Assembly: GCF_006345805.1 (NCBI RefSeq)
Contig: NC_043007.1
Span: forward strand, 52,762,001-52,826,000
Reading direction: 5' to 3'
DNA from: Octopus sinensis
Lineage: Eukaryota
DNA: 64,000 bases
Part shown: positions 13,380-29,300 of the stretch, one piece after another
Position numbering within the stretch: position 1 is the stretch's first letter
Layout of the letters: each line of letters starts with the position of its first letter
Translations under genes and position numbers: made by a program
The notes under the pieces: model-generated
What the model was told of the DNA's origin: nothing
Seen by the model: the letters and a program-made list of their open reading frames with translations, nothing else
Databases searched by the model: none

Positions 13380-14110
13380 ACAGGTTCCCTCCACAGTTAG
13401 AGATTGGTGCTTTTTTACACAGCTGTCCTCATCTATACACATCACATGACCAAGCCAGCGCAGTCATTTTTCTTGCACACCACATCTGATGCTTCTTTTG
13501 TTCAACTTTTCTCTCAAGATGCTTACACTCTGTCATGCATGCACACTGACATTGCACATCCAGTGAAAAATATTAGCTTCATTTCTTTCAAGCCTACGCT
13601 TGTCCTCGGATGTCACAGTCCATGTTTCACTGCCAAGTAGCATAGCTTTTTGCACACAGGCATCATACAATCTACCTTTCACTCTGAGGGAGAGACCCTT
13701 TGTTGTCAGCAGAGGTAGGAGCTCTCTGAACTTTGCCCAGCTTATTCTTATTTTCACAGCTCTGCTCTTGGAGCATCCACCTCCACAACTAACTTGGTCA
13801 CCTAGATAACAGAAGCTATTTACTACCTCTAGCTTACCCACATGGCAGTTGATGGGGTCTATATTCCATAAATTTTCGGTGGTTATTGTACCTGTGCACC
13901 TTTCACACACAAAACTATTTTCCCAATTAACCTTCCTCTGATATTGCAGCACCTCTTATGTGTCCATAGCTTATACCGGGTACATCTTATGGAGTTTCTA
14001 CCAATGCCTTTCCTACAGATTGAGCAGGCCCATCTACCTGAAGGGATTTATGATTTGTCTGCCTCCTACTTACTAAGACTTACTAAAAAGAAAATCCACT
14101 GCAGGTGGTG
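13380..14110 (-). mobile_element. RTE LINE remnant, C-terminal region
   Basis: ORF 13533..13952 contains LEVVNSFCYLGD...WAKFRELLPLL...KGRLYDACV. Similar pieces at about 16260-17410 (+), 22340-22700 (+), 40540-43280 (-), 45270-46020 (+) and 59470-60480 (+). Confidence 0.85.
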
Positions 14111-15199
14111 TGTTTTCTATTTATTGTTTAAGTGAAAAATATAGAGACAGAGAAAATGATAAACTATCACTGAAGAAAGTGCTGAGTTGCATAGCAAGGA
14201 AATAAAGTTGAGAATGTGGCAAGATGGCTGCAGTGACAAGGAGATGAAATTAATGACAATATAACAACCAACTTCAATGAAATAATGACACAAACACACC
14301 AACACTGGTTGTTAAGTGGTGGTGAGGGAAATGCACACACACACACATGATGGGCTTTTTTCAGTTTCTGTCTACCAAATCCATCCACTGGGCTTTGGTT
14401 GGCCAAGACTAAAGTAGAAGACACTTGCCCAAGGTGAAACCATGCCAAAACAGACATAACAGCCTGAGCTCCAGCTATCAAACCATCCAACCCATGCCAG
14501 CATGGAAAAGATGTTAAATGATGATGATGATGATGACCTATCTGGGTTTAAAATAATTGTATCTGATATATCTCCCTCATATTTGCTATATTCCAGAGTA
14601 CTTTCACTGTTATATGTGCTATTATTATTATTATTGAGTGAGAGCAGTGCATGCCATCAAAGTGACACTGAGGCAAAATACACAAAGCCCAGTATACCCA
14701 TCATGACTACCTGTCTGATAAGGGTACAGCAGGCACATGCATCACAACCATATGTATGTGACATGGTGATCTCATATCAATATAAACAGTGCATGACCTT
14801 GTAGGTGGGGCCAAGTTAGAATTTCTTCAGGTCAAGTAGCCCATCCCACCCAAAAGGTCCCTGAATGAGGGTTGTTTAAGGATGTTGAACGAAATACCCA
14901 TGTTTCCAAAGGTAAATTAATCAAACCCTAAAGAATTCCTCTCAACACACGGCTATGATGATCCCCCACTACTTCTGCTCATGATCAGAAATGCACATAT
15001 CGTCAGCCACCAAGGGACATGCAGAACTGGTTAAAATCAAACAACTGACAAGCAACTCTCTGATATTGAGCAGATTATTTGCTGTAGCCCATCTTTTATA
15101 CCAAGACAAAACATGTGAATGATAACACTTCCAATCAGTTAAGATCAGAAGCCATGAAAGCCAGTGCCAAGTACTGCATCAGGTTGTCGTCGTCATCAC

Positions 15200-15600
15200 C
15201 ATTATTATTACTATTATTATTATTATTATTATTATTATTCATGATGTGCACAAATGTCTTATATTTGGAATCAGTGTCCTTGATACCAGGTCACAACCAG
15301 TTTTCTTAGATATGGAGGATCTTCCTTACAATCCTTGCTGTACCTAATAGAGCAGATTTCTGAATTAATGCAACTCTCATAGTTGCATCAATCTCAATAA
15401 GAAAACTGCTGAGTCTGTTGATGACGGTAACGAAGGTGCCTATAACAACTGGGATTACTATTGTAGAATCCCACCCACCAGCCTTAGTATTTTCCAAGCC
15501 AAATCCTGGTAATTTCTTATTTTCTCTTGTTCTTTGATCACTGCATTCATATCTGAGATATAGCTACATCTATGAAGACACTTTTTTTACCTCTTGTCCA
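15200..15600 (-). mobile_element. R4/Dong-like LINE 3' end with (AAT)n tail
   Basis: ORF end IPVVIGTF...IQKSALLGTARIVRKIL, short UTR, then an AAT microsatellite. Confidence 0.75.
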
Positions 15601-17703
15601 GAACAATAATATTTGGTCACCTTGCATGAAGTTTGTGATCAGTCTGTACATTAAAATCTCATAAGACTGGTCATTTGCTATTACACTTTCTAGTTGATGT
15701 TCATACCAGTTTCATCCTACTTTAAATTCTCTTTGCTGTAATATGTCCCAATGTAGTGCCTTGGCCACACAACCGTGTCTGTGTTTATACTCCTTCAATG
15801 CCAAAGGACTACAGTAAATTATGTACATTATAGATTCCTCTTTCTCATTACATTACTTTTATTACTTCATGAAAACTCTAAGTTTATATTGCTGGGTTTG
15901 ATGGAAAGTGTCAGCTGCCCAAACCCAGCAGATGAGGGCGACACTTTTTTATTGATCACGTTTCAGAAGCCCTGTGGTTCTTGAACTAGCAACCACTAGC
16001 CATTGTGTGGTGGCAGGAGGCCTAGATTTCAGAGTGGAGGATAAGATACAAGATAAAATCTACTTGGCAATTTCTAGCTGTGTGTAGGTTGGTCAATGCA
16101 ATGTCTGTATGGAAGAAAGAGTTAGGTTAGGAAGAGCGGGGAAGATATAAAAGGAATAAGAGAAAATAGAAGTATAAGGTTATAAATCAACTGGCTATAA
16201 TGGAATTCAGACTTTAGCAGTTTGAGGGCAATGAGTGTGCTTTAGATGCATTGAGAGGCCCTGCATGATATGTAGAAAAGAAGTAAGTAGAAATTCCATA
16301 AGGTGTACCCAGTGCAAGCTATGAACACATAAGAGGTGCAGTAGTATCAAAGGAAGGTTAACAGAGAAAGTAGTCTTTGTGTATGGCAGATGTGCATGTA
16401 CAATAAATACTAGGAATGTACATTCATCAAATGCTTGGGGGATTCTTAGAAGTAGCAAACAGTTTCATTACTATGTGACCAAGTCAGCAGTGGAAGAGGA
16501 TGCTCTTAGAGCATAGTTGCTAGAGTAAAACAGGCTGGGCAAGGTTCAGAGAACTTCTACTTTTGTTGAGAACAAAGGGGTTATGATGCTTGTGTATGAA
16601 CAGCTCTGTTGCATGGCAGTGAAACATGAGCTGTGACTGCAGAGGACATTTGAAGGTTTGAAAGAAATGAAGTTAGCATGCTTTGCTGGATATGCAATGT
16701 TACAATGTTAGTATGCATGTATGATAGAGTGTAAGTGTCTTAAAAGAAAAATAGGGTATAAGAGACATCAGATGTAGCATGCTAGAGAGAAAACTGTGCT
16801 GGTATGGTCATGTGATGTGTATGGATGGGGACAGCAGCATAAAGAAGTACTAATCTCTAAATGTTAAACGAACCTGTGAAAGAGGTAGATCCAGAAAGAC
16901 ATGAGATGGGATGGTGAAATGTAATCTTCAGATGTTGAATCTCACAGAGGCAATGGCAAGAGACTGGGACTTCAGCCGAATTGCTGTGCCTGAGAAGACA
17001 TGTCAAGCCAAGTGAAAGTGTGATCATGACAAGTGCTGGTGACACGTGAATGGCACTGGTGCCTCATAAATGGCACTTGTGCTGATCCTATGTAAATGGC
17101 TAGTGACATGTAAAATGCACTCGTATTGGTAACACATAAGGAGCACCCATACTGGTGACTAATTAGGTAGTTAGACTAGATAAGATGCCAGGAATAAGCA
17201 CTACTGATGCTATCTTCCTGGCGAGGCAACTGAAGGAGAAGTATTGAGCCAAAAATGAACTTCTGTACTTAGCTTTTGTTGACAAGGAGAAGGCTTTTGA
17301 TAGAGTACCCCACCCCCTTATCTGATGGGCAATGTGGAAACAAGAAAAAGACGAGTGGTTGGTGAGAGCTGTACATGCCATGTACAGGGATGCTGTCAGT
17401 AAGGTGAAACAGCTACTCTTGCCTTTATCTCGTCACCCAACCTTATCGTTCTCTACCTCTACTATTTCTAAACACTGCCCTACTGACTTCACCCTTAAAT
17501 ATCCCTATCTTCCAATCACCTGTTCTGGCACTTCTGTTGTCTTGATCCCTCTTTCTCTCTGATCCATCCAGAGACACCTGAGCAAATGTAAAGAACCTAG
17601 TCTATTGAGTATGTTCTATACTTACACTTCTATCCCCACCAATACTCTCAACTATTTATTTCTGACCTTTCTGTTATCATTGTTCCATCTCCTATTCCCA
17701 TTA

Positions 17704-19904
17704 TCTCTATATTATAATTCTGAAATGCAAAAAGTTTGTTTTTCTGGTTTTGGGCATTGAGAACAAGTTAAAGGCCACTATATCCCGTCGGATTGACTCC
17801 AAAATTTACAGGGACATGTAAAATGAGGTGAGGATGTGAGTGGGCTAGGTTAGAAATCCCCATTTTAAAAGGTGTCATTGCTAGGGTCAAAAACGCATAC
17901 TTTGACAAGTCTACTCTCATTCTTTTATGTGTCTGTCTTTCTCCATCTCTCACTCTCTTCCCTTCCTTTCACCTTCTCTCTATAACGTCGTTTCACAACA
18001 TCTATTATCTTTCCCCCGCCGCCATCGGTTTCTATTATCTGCCTGGCTTCCTCCATCTCTCTCTTTCCTCCCTTCCTTTCACATTCTCTCTATAATGTCG
18101 TTTCACAGCGTCTATTATCTTTCCCTCGCCACCATCGGTTTCTATTATCTGCCTGGCTTCCTCCATCTCTCGCTTTCCTCCCTTCCTTTCACTTTCTCTC
18201 TATAATGTCGTTTGATAGCGTCTACTATCTTTCCTCTGCCACCTTCGCCAGCGCTGTCACTCTCTCTCTCTCTACGTCTGTCTGCATTCATAGAGAGAAT
18301 TATCATCGCCACCACCACCACAAAATCATGAGAATCTTTCTCTTAAAACAAATCATCTTTAGGTTTCAAAATATTTCATTTTTCAGTCCTCTTTCATATA
18401 TCATCTTTTCTTCCTCGATTTCTCTCTTTTCCCCCTTTCCTCCACATTCTCTCTCTATAACGACATTTGACACCTCCGCCATCTCTCTTTCTTCTCCAAC
18501 ACGTCTCTCAATGTATTTCTGTTTGTATCTATAAAGACGAAACGTGACAGCCGCAAAAGTTTAAATATTCCCACCACAGGTTTTCAGAAAGGTGATTTAT
18601 TATCTCCCACTACCACCGCACAATTATAACAGATATTATTTATCAGAAGATATGTTATTATTTTGTGTGGATACAAGATTTGCTGTGCTAAGAAACATTA
18701 TACCCTTTTAAAGAATTTATTTGTATGCTCAAGGCGAACGTCGTTAACAATAATTTGTCAGTAAATTTGAAAAATTTTCCAGTTTTGAAATATTTACTTC
18801 TTAACTATTTCATTCATTTTCTCATTGTAAACAAAATCATTTTTAGGGTTCAAAATATTTTATTTTTCAGTCTTCTCTTTCATATATCACCTTTTCTTCC
18901 TCGATCTCTCTGTTTTCCACCTTCCCTCCATTTTCTCTCTAGATAACGACGTTTGACACCTCCGCCGTCTCTCTGTTACTCTTTCTTCCAAAATTTACAG
19001 GGACATGTAAAATGAGGTGAGGATGTGAGTGGGCTAGCTTAGAAATCCCTATCTTAAAAGGTGTGGTTACTAGGGCAAAAATCGCACACTTCTTTCTTTC
19101 ATATATGACCTTTTCTTCCTCACCTCTCTGTCTCTTTCCTCCCTTCCTTTCACATTCTCTCTATAACGTCGTTTGATAGCGTCTGTTACTCTTTCTTCAA
19201 CCAACCCTCTCACTGTATGATTGTCGTTTCTTCTGCATGTCTTATCTCTTCATTCTTGAAAATAAAGACATTAAAAAGAACATGGTTCATAAAGAAGATT
19301 GGATTAAAATGTTTGCAAACATTTGATCCAACTCATTTGTCTCTTTATTCCTCATTTTCCGATTCCTTCTACGTCTCCATTGAACGGTGTTGTCAAGTTA
19401 TTGTTTCTTCGCCAACATAAGACATTCATAAAGTGAATGAGTTGTTAATTACATTTTATACACTGTTCCATTGTTTAGGTGGTGTCGAAAGGACTGGCAT
19501 ATGCCACCATATAACCTCATCAGTCAAACTCCCAACTCATGCGTTCACGTCATGATATTCTTTCTACAAACTGAGCTGGGTGTGAATTCTAATTTCATAC
19601 ACTATTGCAGATGTGAGTTTACAGTCTGCCTTTTTTGGTTTAAACTATCTTCCTGCAGGTTAAAAACCTTTATTTTTTAGAGTCCTCAACAATATACGCC
19701 ACCGAAATTCCATTTTTCAATTTTATGATTATACCCAGAGTGCTCTAATTGAATATGAACTGTCTTCCCATTGGCGGACGTTGTCTTTTTTTTTTTTTTA
19801 GAAATAAACGCATTGCCTCTTTTGTTTTAAAACAATGCTACATTAATACATTGGTCCAACAACCAAAACATGACCCGCGCGTAGAGCAGGTCACCTTAAG
19901 CTAG
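17704..19904 (+). mobile_element. Non-autonomous Helitron A1
   Basis: 5' A|TCTCTATATTATAATTCTG; 3' GC hairpin gacccgcgcgtagagcaggtc (19872-19892) followed by CTAG (19901-19904). Degenerate RepHel-like peptides TGICHH..SVKLP and LNNIRHRNSIFQ at about 19490-19740. Internal duplications. Confidence 0.85.
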
Positions 19905-21544
<1,640 letters not shown>

Positions 21545-21763
21545 TCAGCACTCTAGTGTTGGTGCCAATACATTCCGCAAAGTTGACAATAAAAAATGCA
21601 TCCAATCATAGAAACCAAACCAAACAATAAATTTGAGCTCCCAATAAGAATGACTTGGACTGTGATGACCTGTATGATATGATATCTAGGTTTTCTACCT
21701 ATGACAGCTTGGAAAGTGAATGTAAAATGATGACAGCATTACACACACACACACATTACTCAC

Positions 21764-21851
21764 CTAAATTCTTTGTAGAAATTGTTTTTAGACCAACTAA
21801 CTGAAGGGCTCCAGCACCAAGAACCAACTGGCAGGTACGGGAATTGAAAGT
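21764..21851 (-). CDS. VPS54: VPS54 coding exon, 88 nt: TFNSRTCQLVLGAGALQLVGLKTISTKNL(A)
   Basis: Acceptor cattcttcag and donor gtgagt. Near-identical to the conserved Vps54-domain motif FNSRSCQLVLGAGALQVVGLKTITTKNL. Confidence 0.97.
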
Positions 21852-23046
21852 CTGAAGAATGCAAGAAAATTATGTGGATCAATTTATTATGTTGGATGTC
21901 AATAAATAATAATAATAATAATAATGATGATATCTTTATTAACCACATGGTCTTGAAAAACTACAACAAAAATACAAAGATATTCATAGCTGTAACAGGT
22001 TATTTAATACATAGTACTTACTGATCATTTAGAACTAGATGTTGTTGCTTTGTCTTTGTTAGGTGTGGCTGAGGCACGGGTTTAAGGGTCTCATGATATA
22101 TTCCTGATAATGAAGATGGGGTAGCTTTACTTACCGATACACGAGTTGTGTCTGGTTTTGTTTTAAGACCAACAATCTCCATGATTTGTTCATGATGTTG
22201 CTTTTACGTCATGTGAAAAGTTGACGAGAGCACATGCTTTTTATAGATCCTGGTTTCATAGATAGTTGATATGTCTCTATCTTGGGACCTGAGGTCATCG
22301 AACAATTGACTTTGAACCAAGCTGACCCCAGGTCACATACATAAATACAAGAGAGAGGAATGAAGCTAGTATGCTTTCCTGGATGTGCAATGTCAGAGTG
22401 TAAGTGCAACAGAGCACTACAGTATTGAGAGAAAAGTTAGGCATGAGAGGAATTAGATGCAGTGTGCAAGAGAGAAAACTGCACTGGTTTGATCATGTGA
22501 TGTATATGGATGAGAATAGTTGCATAAACAAGTGCTGATCACTTAAAATGAATGGAACTTGTAAAAGTGGGAGACCCAGGAAGATATGTGATGAAGTATT
22601 GAAGGCTAGTCTCAAGACACTGAGCCTTAGGAAGGAGATGACAAAGGACTGAGATATCTGGCACCTTGCTGTGCTAAAGAAAACCAACCCACCACAGAAT
22701 TGAAATCCTAAAACCACCTTGGTAATGCTTGTCTGTGAAGGGTTCTGCCTCAATCACACATCCTCTCTGCCTCCCCCCATACATCCCCTAACACCCATCA
22801 CTTCTCTATCACCTGAGAGCAGAATAGGCACATACTACATTCCCCTGGCTTTCTCAGTTACCTTTCTTCCTCATCCTAAACTGCTTCCTTTTTTCATTGT
22901 TTTTCTCCACCTAATCAACTCCTTTTTGCACTTTCTCCCCACTGTGCTGTTCTCCACTATAAACAACTTGCTTATCTATTTTTATTTTCAATGCCCTCTT
23001 ATATTTACTGCAATCCCCTGCCTTCAAGCCTCTCCTCGGTTTCTCT

Positions 23047-23381
23047 CAGAGATAGGTGTCTTGCTGTACATATATGGATATCATAGTTGGAAAGGAGGAG
23101 TTAGAGAGTAGGATAAGGAGAGTGATAGTGAGAAAGATGATAGTGGAGATGTGTTGGGACATACCCCCAAGGGACATTGTGGGTGGTGAGAATAGAGTGA
23201 ACTCTATCCTGCTCACTCACCCAATTCAAACATTTGTATCACTTCACCTATTCTCACCACCCACAATGTCCCTTGAGGGTATGTCCCAACACATCTCCAC
23301 TATCACTCTCCTTATCCTACTCTCTAACTCTTCCTTTCCAACTATGATGTCCATATATGTACAGCAAGGCACCTATCTCTG
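23047..23381. repeat. Long inverted repeat (arms about 140-155 bp, loop about 40 nt)
   Basis: 23047-23202 is the reverse complement of 23243-23381, apart from a few substitutions and a short extra block in the left arm. Confidence 0.9.
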
Positions 23382-24084
23382 TCCCTTTATACTTTTAATC
23401 TCTCAACTGGCAAAAGTGTCTCCTGCCATACTACTCCCCACTCCCAGTTGAAGGGTTTTTGCTCTTTTCATCTTGCAAGGAACTTGGTGACTCTGTCAAT
23501 GATAGTGCCACATAAAAAAGCACCTAGTACACTCTGTAAAGTGGTTGGCATTAGGAAAGACATCCAGCTGTAGGAGCCATACTAAAACAGACAATGGAGC
23601 CTGCTATGGCTTCTATCCTAGCCAGCTCCTGTCAAACTATTCAACCCATGTAAGTATGGAAAACAGGTGTTAACTGATGATGATAAACTCACTTTCAGCG
23701 TAACCATGTCTGTTAGAAAAGTATATGGAGAGGTTACCCAACTTGGTCTTTGCGAAGGGCTAGTGGTCCTGTCCTCTCACTGGTTTAGGAAGAATTTGTG
23801 AAAGGCCATCTTCAGGTTTAACCTAAAAAGCTCAATGTTCACAGGGAATTTTTTTAGGAGTGATATTTGTGTCAAATTGAAGTAATAGTTCATCTTAAGG
23901 AGTCTTCAACAAGAATTTGTTGAAATCAATCCCAATTTATGAGAATGTTTTTGTTTTCCATGATTTCCTGCATTAAATTGCTGTTGCTTATTTGAATAAC
24001 CTGTAAAGATGATGAGGGTTCAGCCTGTGTACTTGATTGTATGTTTAGCTGTTGCTGTTGAGTTTGTATTTTCTTTTCCTTTAA

Positions 24085-25191
24085 CCCTTTCGTTACTATA
24101 TTTCTGACCAAAATACACCCCTCATGAGTTTCAATTAAATTCTAAAATAATCATGAATCTAGGCTTGTTTCATTAAATAACTGTAACTTTTTTACTTATC
24201 AACATATTAATGTGATATTTGGAACATAATTAAAGAAAGGGTTCTTAATCAATTCTATTGCATAACTTTTGTCTCAAAGTGACTTTAATTACAGGTAAAT
24301 CCAGGTAAATTGAGCAAAAGGTAAAAATATTAAAATTTTAAATTGAGCAAAAGGTAAAAATATTAAAATTTTGTTTAAACATCACCATAGAAAATGAATC
24401 ACCAGCTAATATTCAAATGGGTATGCAACAAAATTTTGATAAAGAAGAATTGTGCACATCACTATATCATCAGTTGAATTTAATGCACAACAGGTGTACC
24501 ATAAAGGTGGAATAAACTGAAATACTGGAATCCACCGTAAGTTTGACCGAACTAAAGAAATCGGTCAAAAAATAATATACGGCCCTGGTTATGGTATGGA
24601 AGTGATAAATTCCAGACCACATCGTTCCCTAGGCCATGCTGACTAACATTATTTCCCCTGTATAAAAACTAAATCCACGCAGTACCCAGTATTTGCTTCA
24701 CAAATTTTCCGAAATTTGAACCCCCATTTTGTGTTTGTTTACATTCTGTGTCAGTTTGTTTCCGCATTGATCGCTTCAAACAATAACTTCCAGACCACAT
24801 CATACCCTAAGCCATGCTGACTAACATTAGTTTCCTTGTATAAAAACTGAATCCACAACAGTACCCAGTATTTGTTTCACAAATTTTCCAATTCGGAATC
24901 AATGCTTGATAACATGAAACCCCTATCCATTTTCAAAGTTGAAGAAAAATCGATGCCGAAAAAAATGTGGAAAAAAATCTCCCAAAATTCAGGGAATTAA
25001 AATTACACATCGATCGTTGTACAAAACTGTAGATGAACTGTTTACGAAGCATAATCACGTGTTTTCACGAATGTACTAAAGAGATTTGCTCTGATATTCT
25101 CATTTAAATATGAATAGGTAAATTCGGGCGGCTTGGTCACATTAACCAAAATTTTTTTCAGGCGGCTTTGGGCGGTTTGGTAACGAAAGGG
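24085..25191. mobile_element. Non-autonomous piggyBac-type element, copy 1
   Basis: TTAA on both sides, 12-bp TIR CCCTTTCGTTAC, and two internal direct repeats (about 24610-24720 and 24786-24890). Confidence 0.9.
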
Positions 25192-26399
25192 TTAAGTGCT
25201 TTTGTTTTTTGTAGTTGTGGTCATTGGTTATGCTGTTGTTGGAGTTTTGGTGTTGATGTTGTTGGATGGTTTTAAGACAGTTTTTGTGTTTCTTGCTTTT
25301 TGAGTTGTTCTTTGCTGCAATACTTGCTTTTCGCAATGGTCTCATCTTGTTCGCATTAGAGTATAATACTTCTATATCTACTAAATTTGTATTAGGAAGA
25401 GATGGATATGCATGTGTGCGTGATTGTTTCTCTGTATTGGTCGACCAGTGGATAAAAAGACCTCCCATGCTTGTATGAGTAGCTGTTGTAGAATTACTGA
25501 TTTCTGGTCTCCACAATTGCAGTTGCTTTTCTTGTTGGAGCTGCTGGGGATGTTGCTGTTCTTGTTGGTGTAGTTGTTGCTGTAGCTATGATGTTGGCTG
25601 CAGCATAGAACTTCTTGCATTTCCACTTTGTTGTTGAGGGCCTTAAAGTGTGTGCTGCTCTTGCATGTATGATATCTAGGTTTTCCACCTTTCACTATGA
25701 TCAGCAATTCAATAAATTTGGAAATCTCATCCAGGGGTTCTTCCTTTAACTGGATCAAAATATCCAACCCAGTCATAGACCAATTTTTTACAATATTTTT
25801 TGATATTATAGACCAATTTTTTTACAATATTTTTTAATATCAAGCAAGATTACAAGACCATGCCATTTCCCTATAAATATCTGATACTGCATTTGATATT
25901 TTAACTTTTACCAACCAAGACATTGTGAGAAAGAGCAAAAAGTCTTTGTATTTACATTGGATGACAGAAAGTTTCTGAGGTAAGGTTTTGGTGTGTAATC
26001 TTCTGTACAGTCTTTGTAACTCAAGTTATTACCTGGTTCAAGTTACAAAATCTACATCACCCCATATTTCCCTTACACCATCAGTTTTTAATAGACACAC
26101 CCCACTATATAACCATTTTTCTGGCAGTTATTTTCATCAATTGTGAAGGGACTGCAAGCTGAACTCTCCTGTTCCCTCTGCTCAGGAGTTTTTCAGGCTC
26201 CTATATTTGTCTTTTATGAAAACTTGCTCATACAACCTCATCATTTCAGCAGAGGAGCCTGCTTTTATAGCTGCTGTGGTGGAAATGATTGCATTATCGT
26301 TAGCGTTTTAGTTGTTATTGATGGTGGTTGTGAATTTTCCAGGGGCTACAGTGAATATGGTAGTGGCAATGTCTGTGCTGGTAGAACTTTCAGATAAAC

Positions 26400-29300
26400 T
26401 GGAAACCTTATACAATCATATTGGGAATTATCTAAATGAATGTGTAACACAAAGTGTACTGGAATGGATGGTTGAGGGGCGAACAACTTCGATAATGAAT
26501 GTTCCAATGAAAGGAAAAGCGGTAGGAAATTATTGACCAGTCACTGCTTCAGTCTGCTGTGGAAGTTACAGACAGGCAAATACAATCATTTGATGCGCAA
26601 TAAATTATTACCTACTGAACAGGAATAGTGCAGGAAATACTCAAAAGGTATCAAGGACCATCTAATCACTAACAAAATGGTAGCAAAGAACTGCAAGCAA
26701 AGACAGACTATGCTATGCATGAAATGGATCAATTTCAGAAAAGCTTAAATATGGTGCATCATTTTTAAATTGTGGAGTCACTTAGAATATTTGGCACAGC
26801 TGGAAAGATGGTCCTCAATGCTAGCATGACACAATGGAAAATAAACTTGATGGTGAACATGAAATCATTGAGAAGTGTAGCCATTAAAAGAGACCCTTTC
26901 ACTTCTTTGTTATTTGTTACTATACTAATTCCCATCTGAATGACACTTAAGAAAAGCCAACATGGGTGAGAAATTAGGAAGAAATGCATTGTCCCTAAAT
27001 CATCAAGTCTTCATGAATGACTTAAAGATACTTGCAATGTTTGAAAAAGGTAAATTCACTTGTTAATATACGTTAATACAGTCAAGGTATATTGCAGAGA
27101 TATTGGAATAGTATTTAGTATATCAAAATGCACCCATTTTAACAAGATAGACTATCAGAAGGATGTTTTAACCTGATGACAATCTGTTGTGGCGAAAGTA
27201 TGACACCCTCTGACAAGAATAGAAAATTGAAAAAGATGTTTCCTCAAGTACTATTGGAGGACTTAGGTCTATGCAAAAAGACTGAAGCTTACTTTCAAGT
27301 AAATGAAAATGCTGTGCCTGTATTTAAATCTAAGAGAAACGTACCATTCACAGCAATTGAAATCGTAAATGGACTGACTGGAAAAGAGTGGAATCATCAA
27401 AAAGGTGGATTACTCTAAGTGGGCAGTGCCCACAGTATGCATTAAAAAGAAAAATAATAAGATTAGGCTGTGTGCTGATTTCTCTACAGGATTAAATGAC
27501 TGTTTAAAGACGTGCCACCATCCACTTCCAACTCCAGAGAACATTTTCACAAAATTAAATGGTGGAAAATTTTTCTCCAAATTGGATCTGTCTGATGCTT
27601 ATTTACAGATTAAAGTAGATGACAAATGCTCAAGTATCTGACAATAAATGCACACAGACGATTGTACAGATATACCCAGTTACCTTTTGGATTAAAGATT
27701 GCACCGGTAATATTTCAGCAAATCATGAACACTATGTTATCTGATTGTGAATTTGCAATCCTTTATTTGGGTGATGTATTAAGAATAATTCATGTGAACA
27801 GCATATGGAGCATATAAAAGCTGTATTCAAGAAAATTAAAGAGTATGGATTCACTTTGAGTGAAGAAAAATGCAAATTCTTTTTGTCTCAAATTAAGTAC
27901 TTAGGGCAAATAATTGATAAAAATGGTAGACAGCCTGACCCATTGAGGGCAGACGCAATAAAGAATATACCTACTCCGACAAATATACCAACATTACAAG
28001 TGTTTCTTGGGCTGGCAAACTACTATGCAAACTACATTCCTAACATGCACAAATTAAGAGCTCAAACTGGAATTGGTTGGTTAAATGCCAAAATGTTGTT
28101 TGAAGAAGTTGTTTGAAGAAGATTCTAATCACCTATTTGTCTCTTGTGCATTTCGATCTTGAAATGAATATTGTTGTGGTGTCTGATGCTCCGGAGTACT
28201 GAATAGGAGCAGTTATGCTACACAAGTATAAAGATGAAAGTATGAAACTAGTAATTCATGTATCATGGTCGCTGATAGTGGCAGAGAAAAATTACAGTCA
28301 GAAAAAGCCTTATTGATTATCTTTGCTGCGAAAAAATGTTATAGGTTTCTACGTAGTAGAAGATTTCTGTTACAAACAGATCAGTAAACATTGCTATCAA
28401 TTTATGGGTCAAAGAAAATGTTACCTACCCATACAGCAAACCGACTACAATGTTAGGGTATAATGTTACAAAATTACAATTTCAAAATGCAGTATATTCC
28501 ATCTAAAAAATTGGTCATGCAGACTGTCTATTGAAACTAATTCCCAAAAATATGGAACCACTAGAAAATACCATGATAGCCACAGTGCAGGCAGAAAATG
28601 AAACAAGAAGTATTATGACTAATGTTATCCAAGAACTGCTACTGGCTACACAGCATATAAGAATGAAATTTGTAGGCGATGAGTATATTACAAAAATGTA
28701 AGAAGCTTTAAAAAATAAGCAGAATAAAAATACAAATTCAAGTACTTTCTCAATATATGACAATATTACGATGTATGTGTAAAGAGTTGCTGCACCAACT
28801 ATATTACAAAAACGTGTATTGCAGCAATTCCACAGTGCATACCCAGGAATGTTGAAGATGAAAGCTCTGATGAGAAACTACATCTATTGGCTGACTATTG
28901 ACCAGGATATTGAAAATTTGGTGAGAAGTTACTGCCGGTAAAATATCAATCATGGCCTGAGACTGAGAAGCTATGGTCTAGGTTACATATCAACTGTGCC
29001 AAACTGGTAAACGACACTTACTATCTAATCGTGGTAGACAGCTGTGCAAAGTAGCCAGAGATATGCAGGTGCAATAAACCAACCGCTAAGACAACTATAA
29101 AGTTCCGATATGAACTGTTTACATGATACAGTGTTCCAGACATGTTAGTTTCTGATAATGGAATGCAATTCTTAGGGTATGATTTCAAGAACTTCTGTAA
29201 AATGTATGTGATAAAGCATATTTTCATTTCACCCTACCATTCAAGATCAAATGGGCAGGTAGAAAGATTCATGGACACATTCAAAAGAGCATTAAGAATT

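Noticed and set aside
24610-24890. Regular direct repeats here, at 37256-37620 and at 11230-11490 as CRISPR-like arrays
   Set aside because: Long contiguous units without unique spacers, in a eukaryotic context, inside transposons or intron, with no cas genes.
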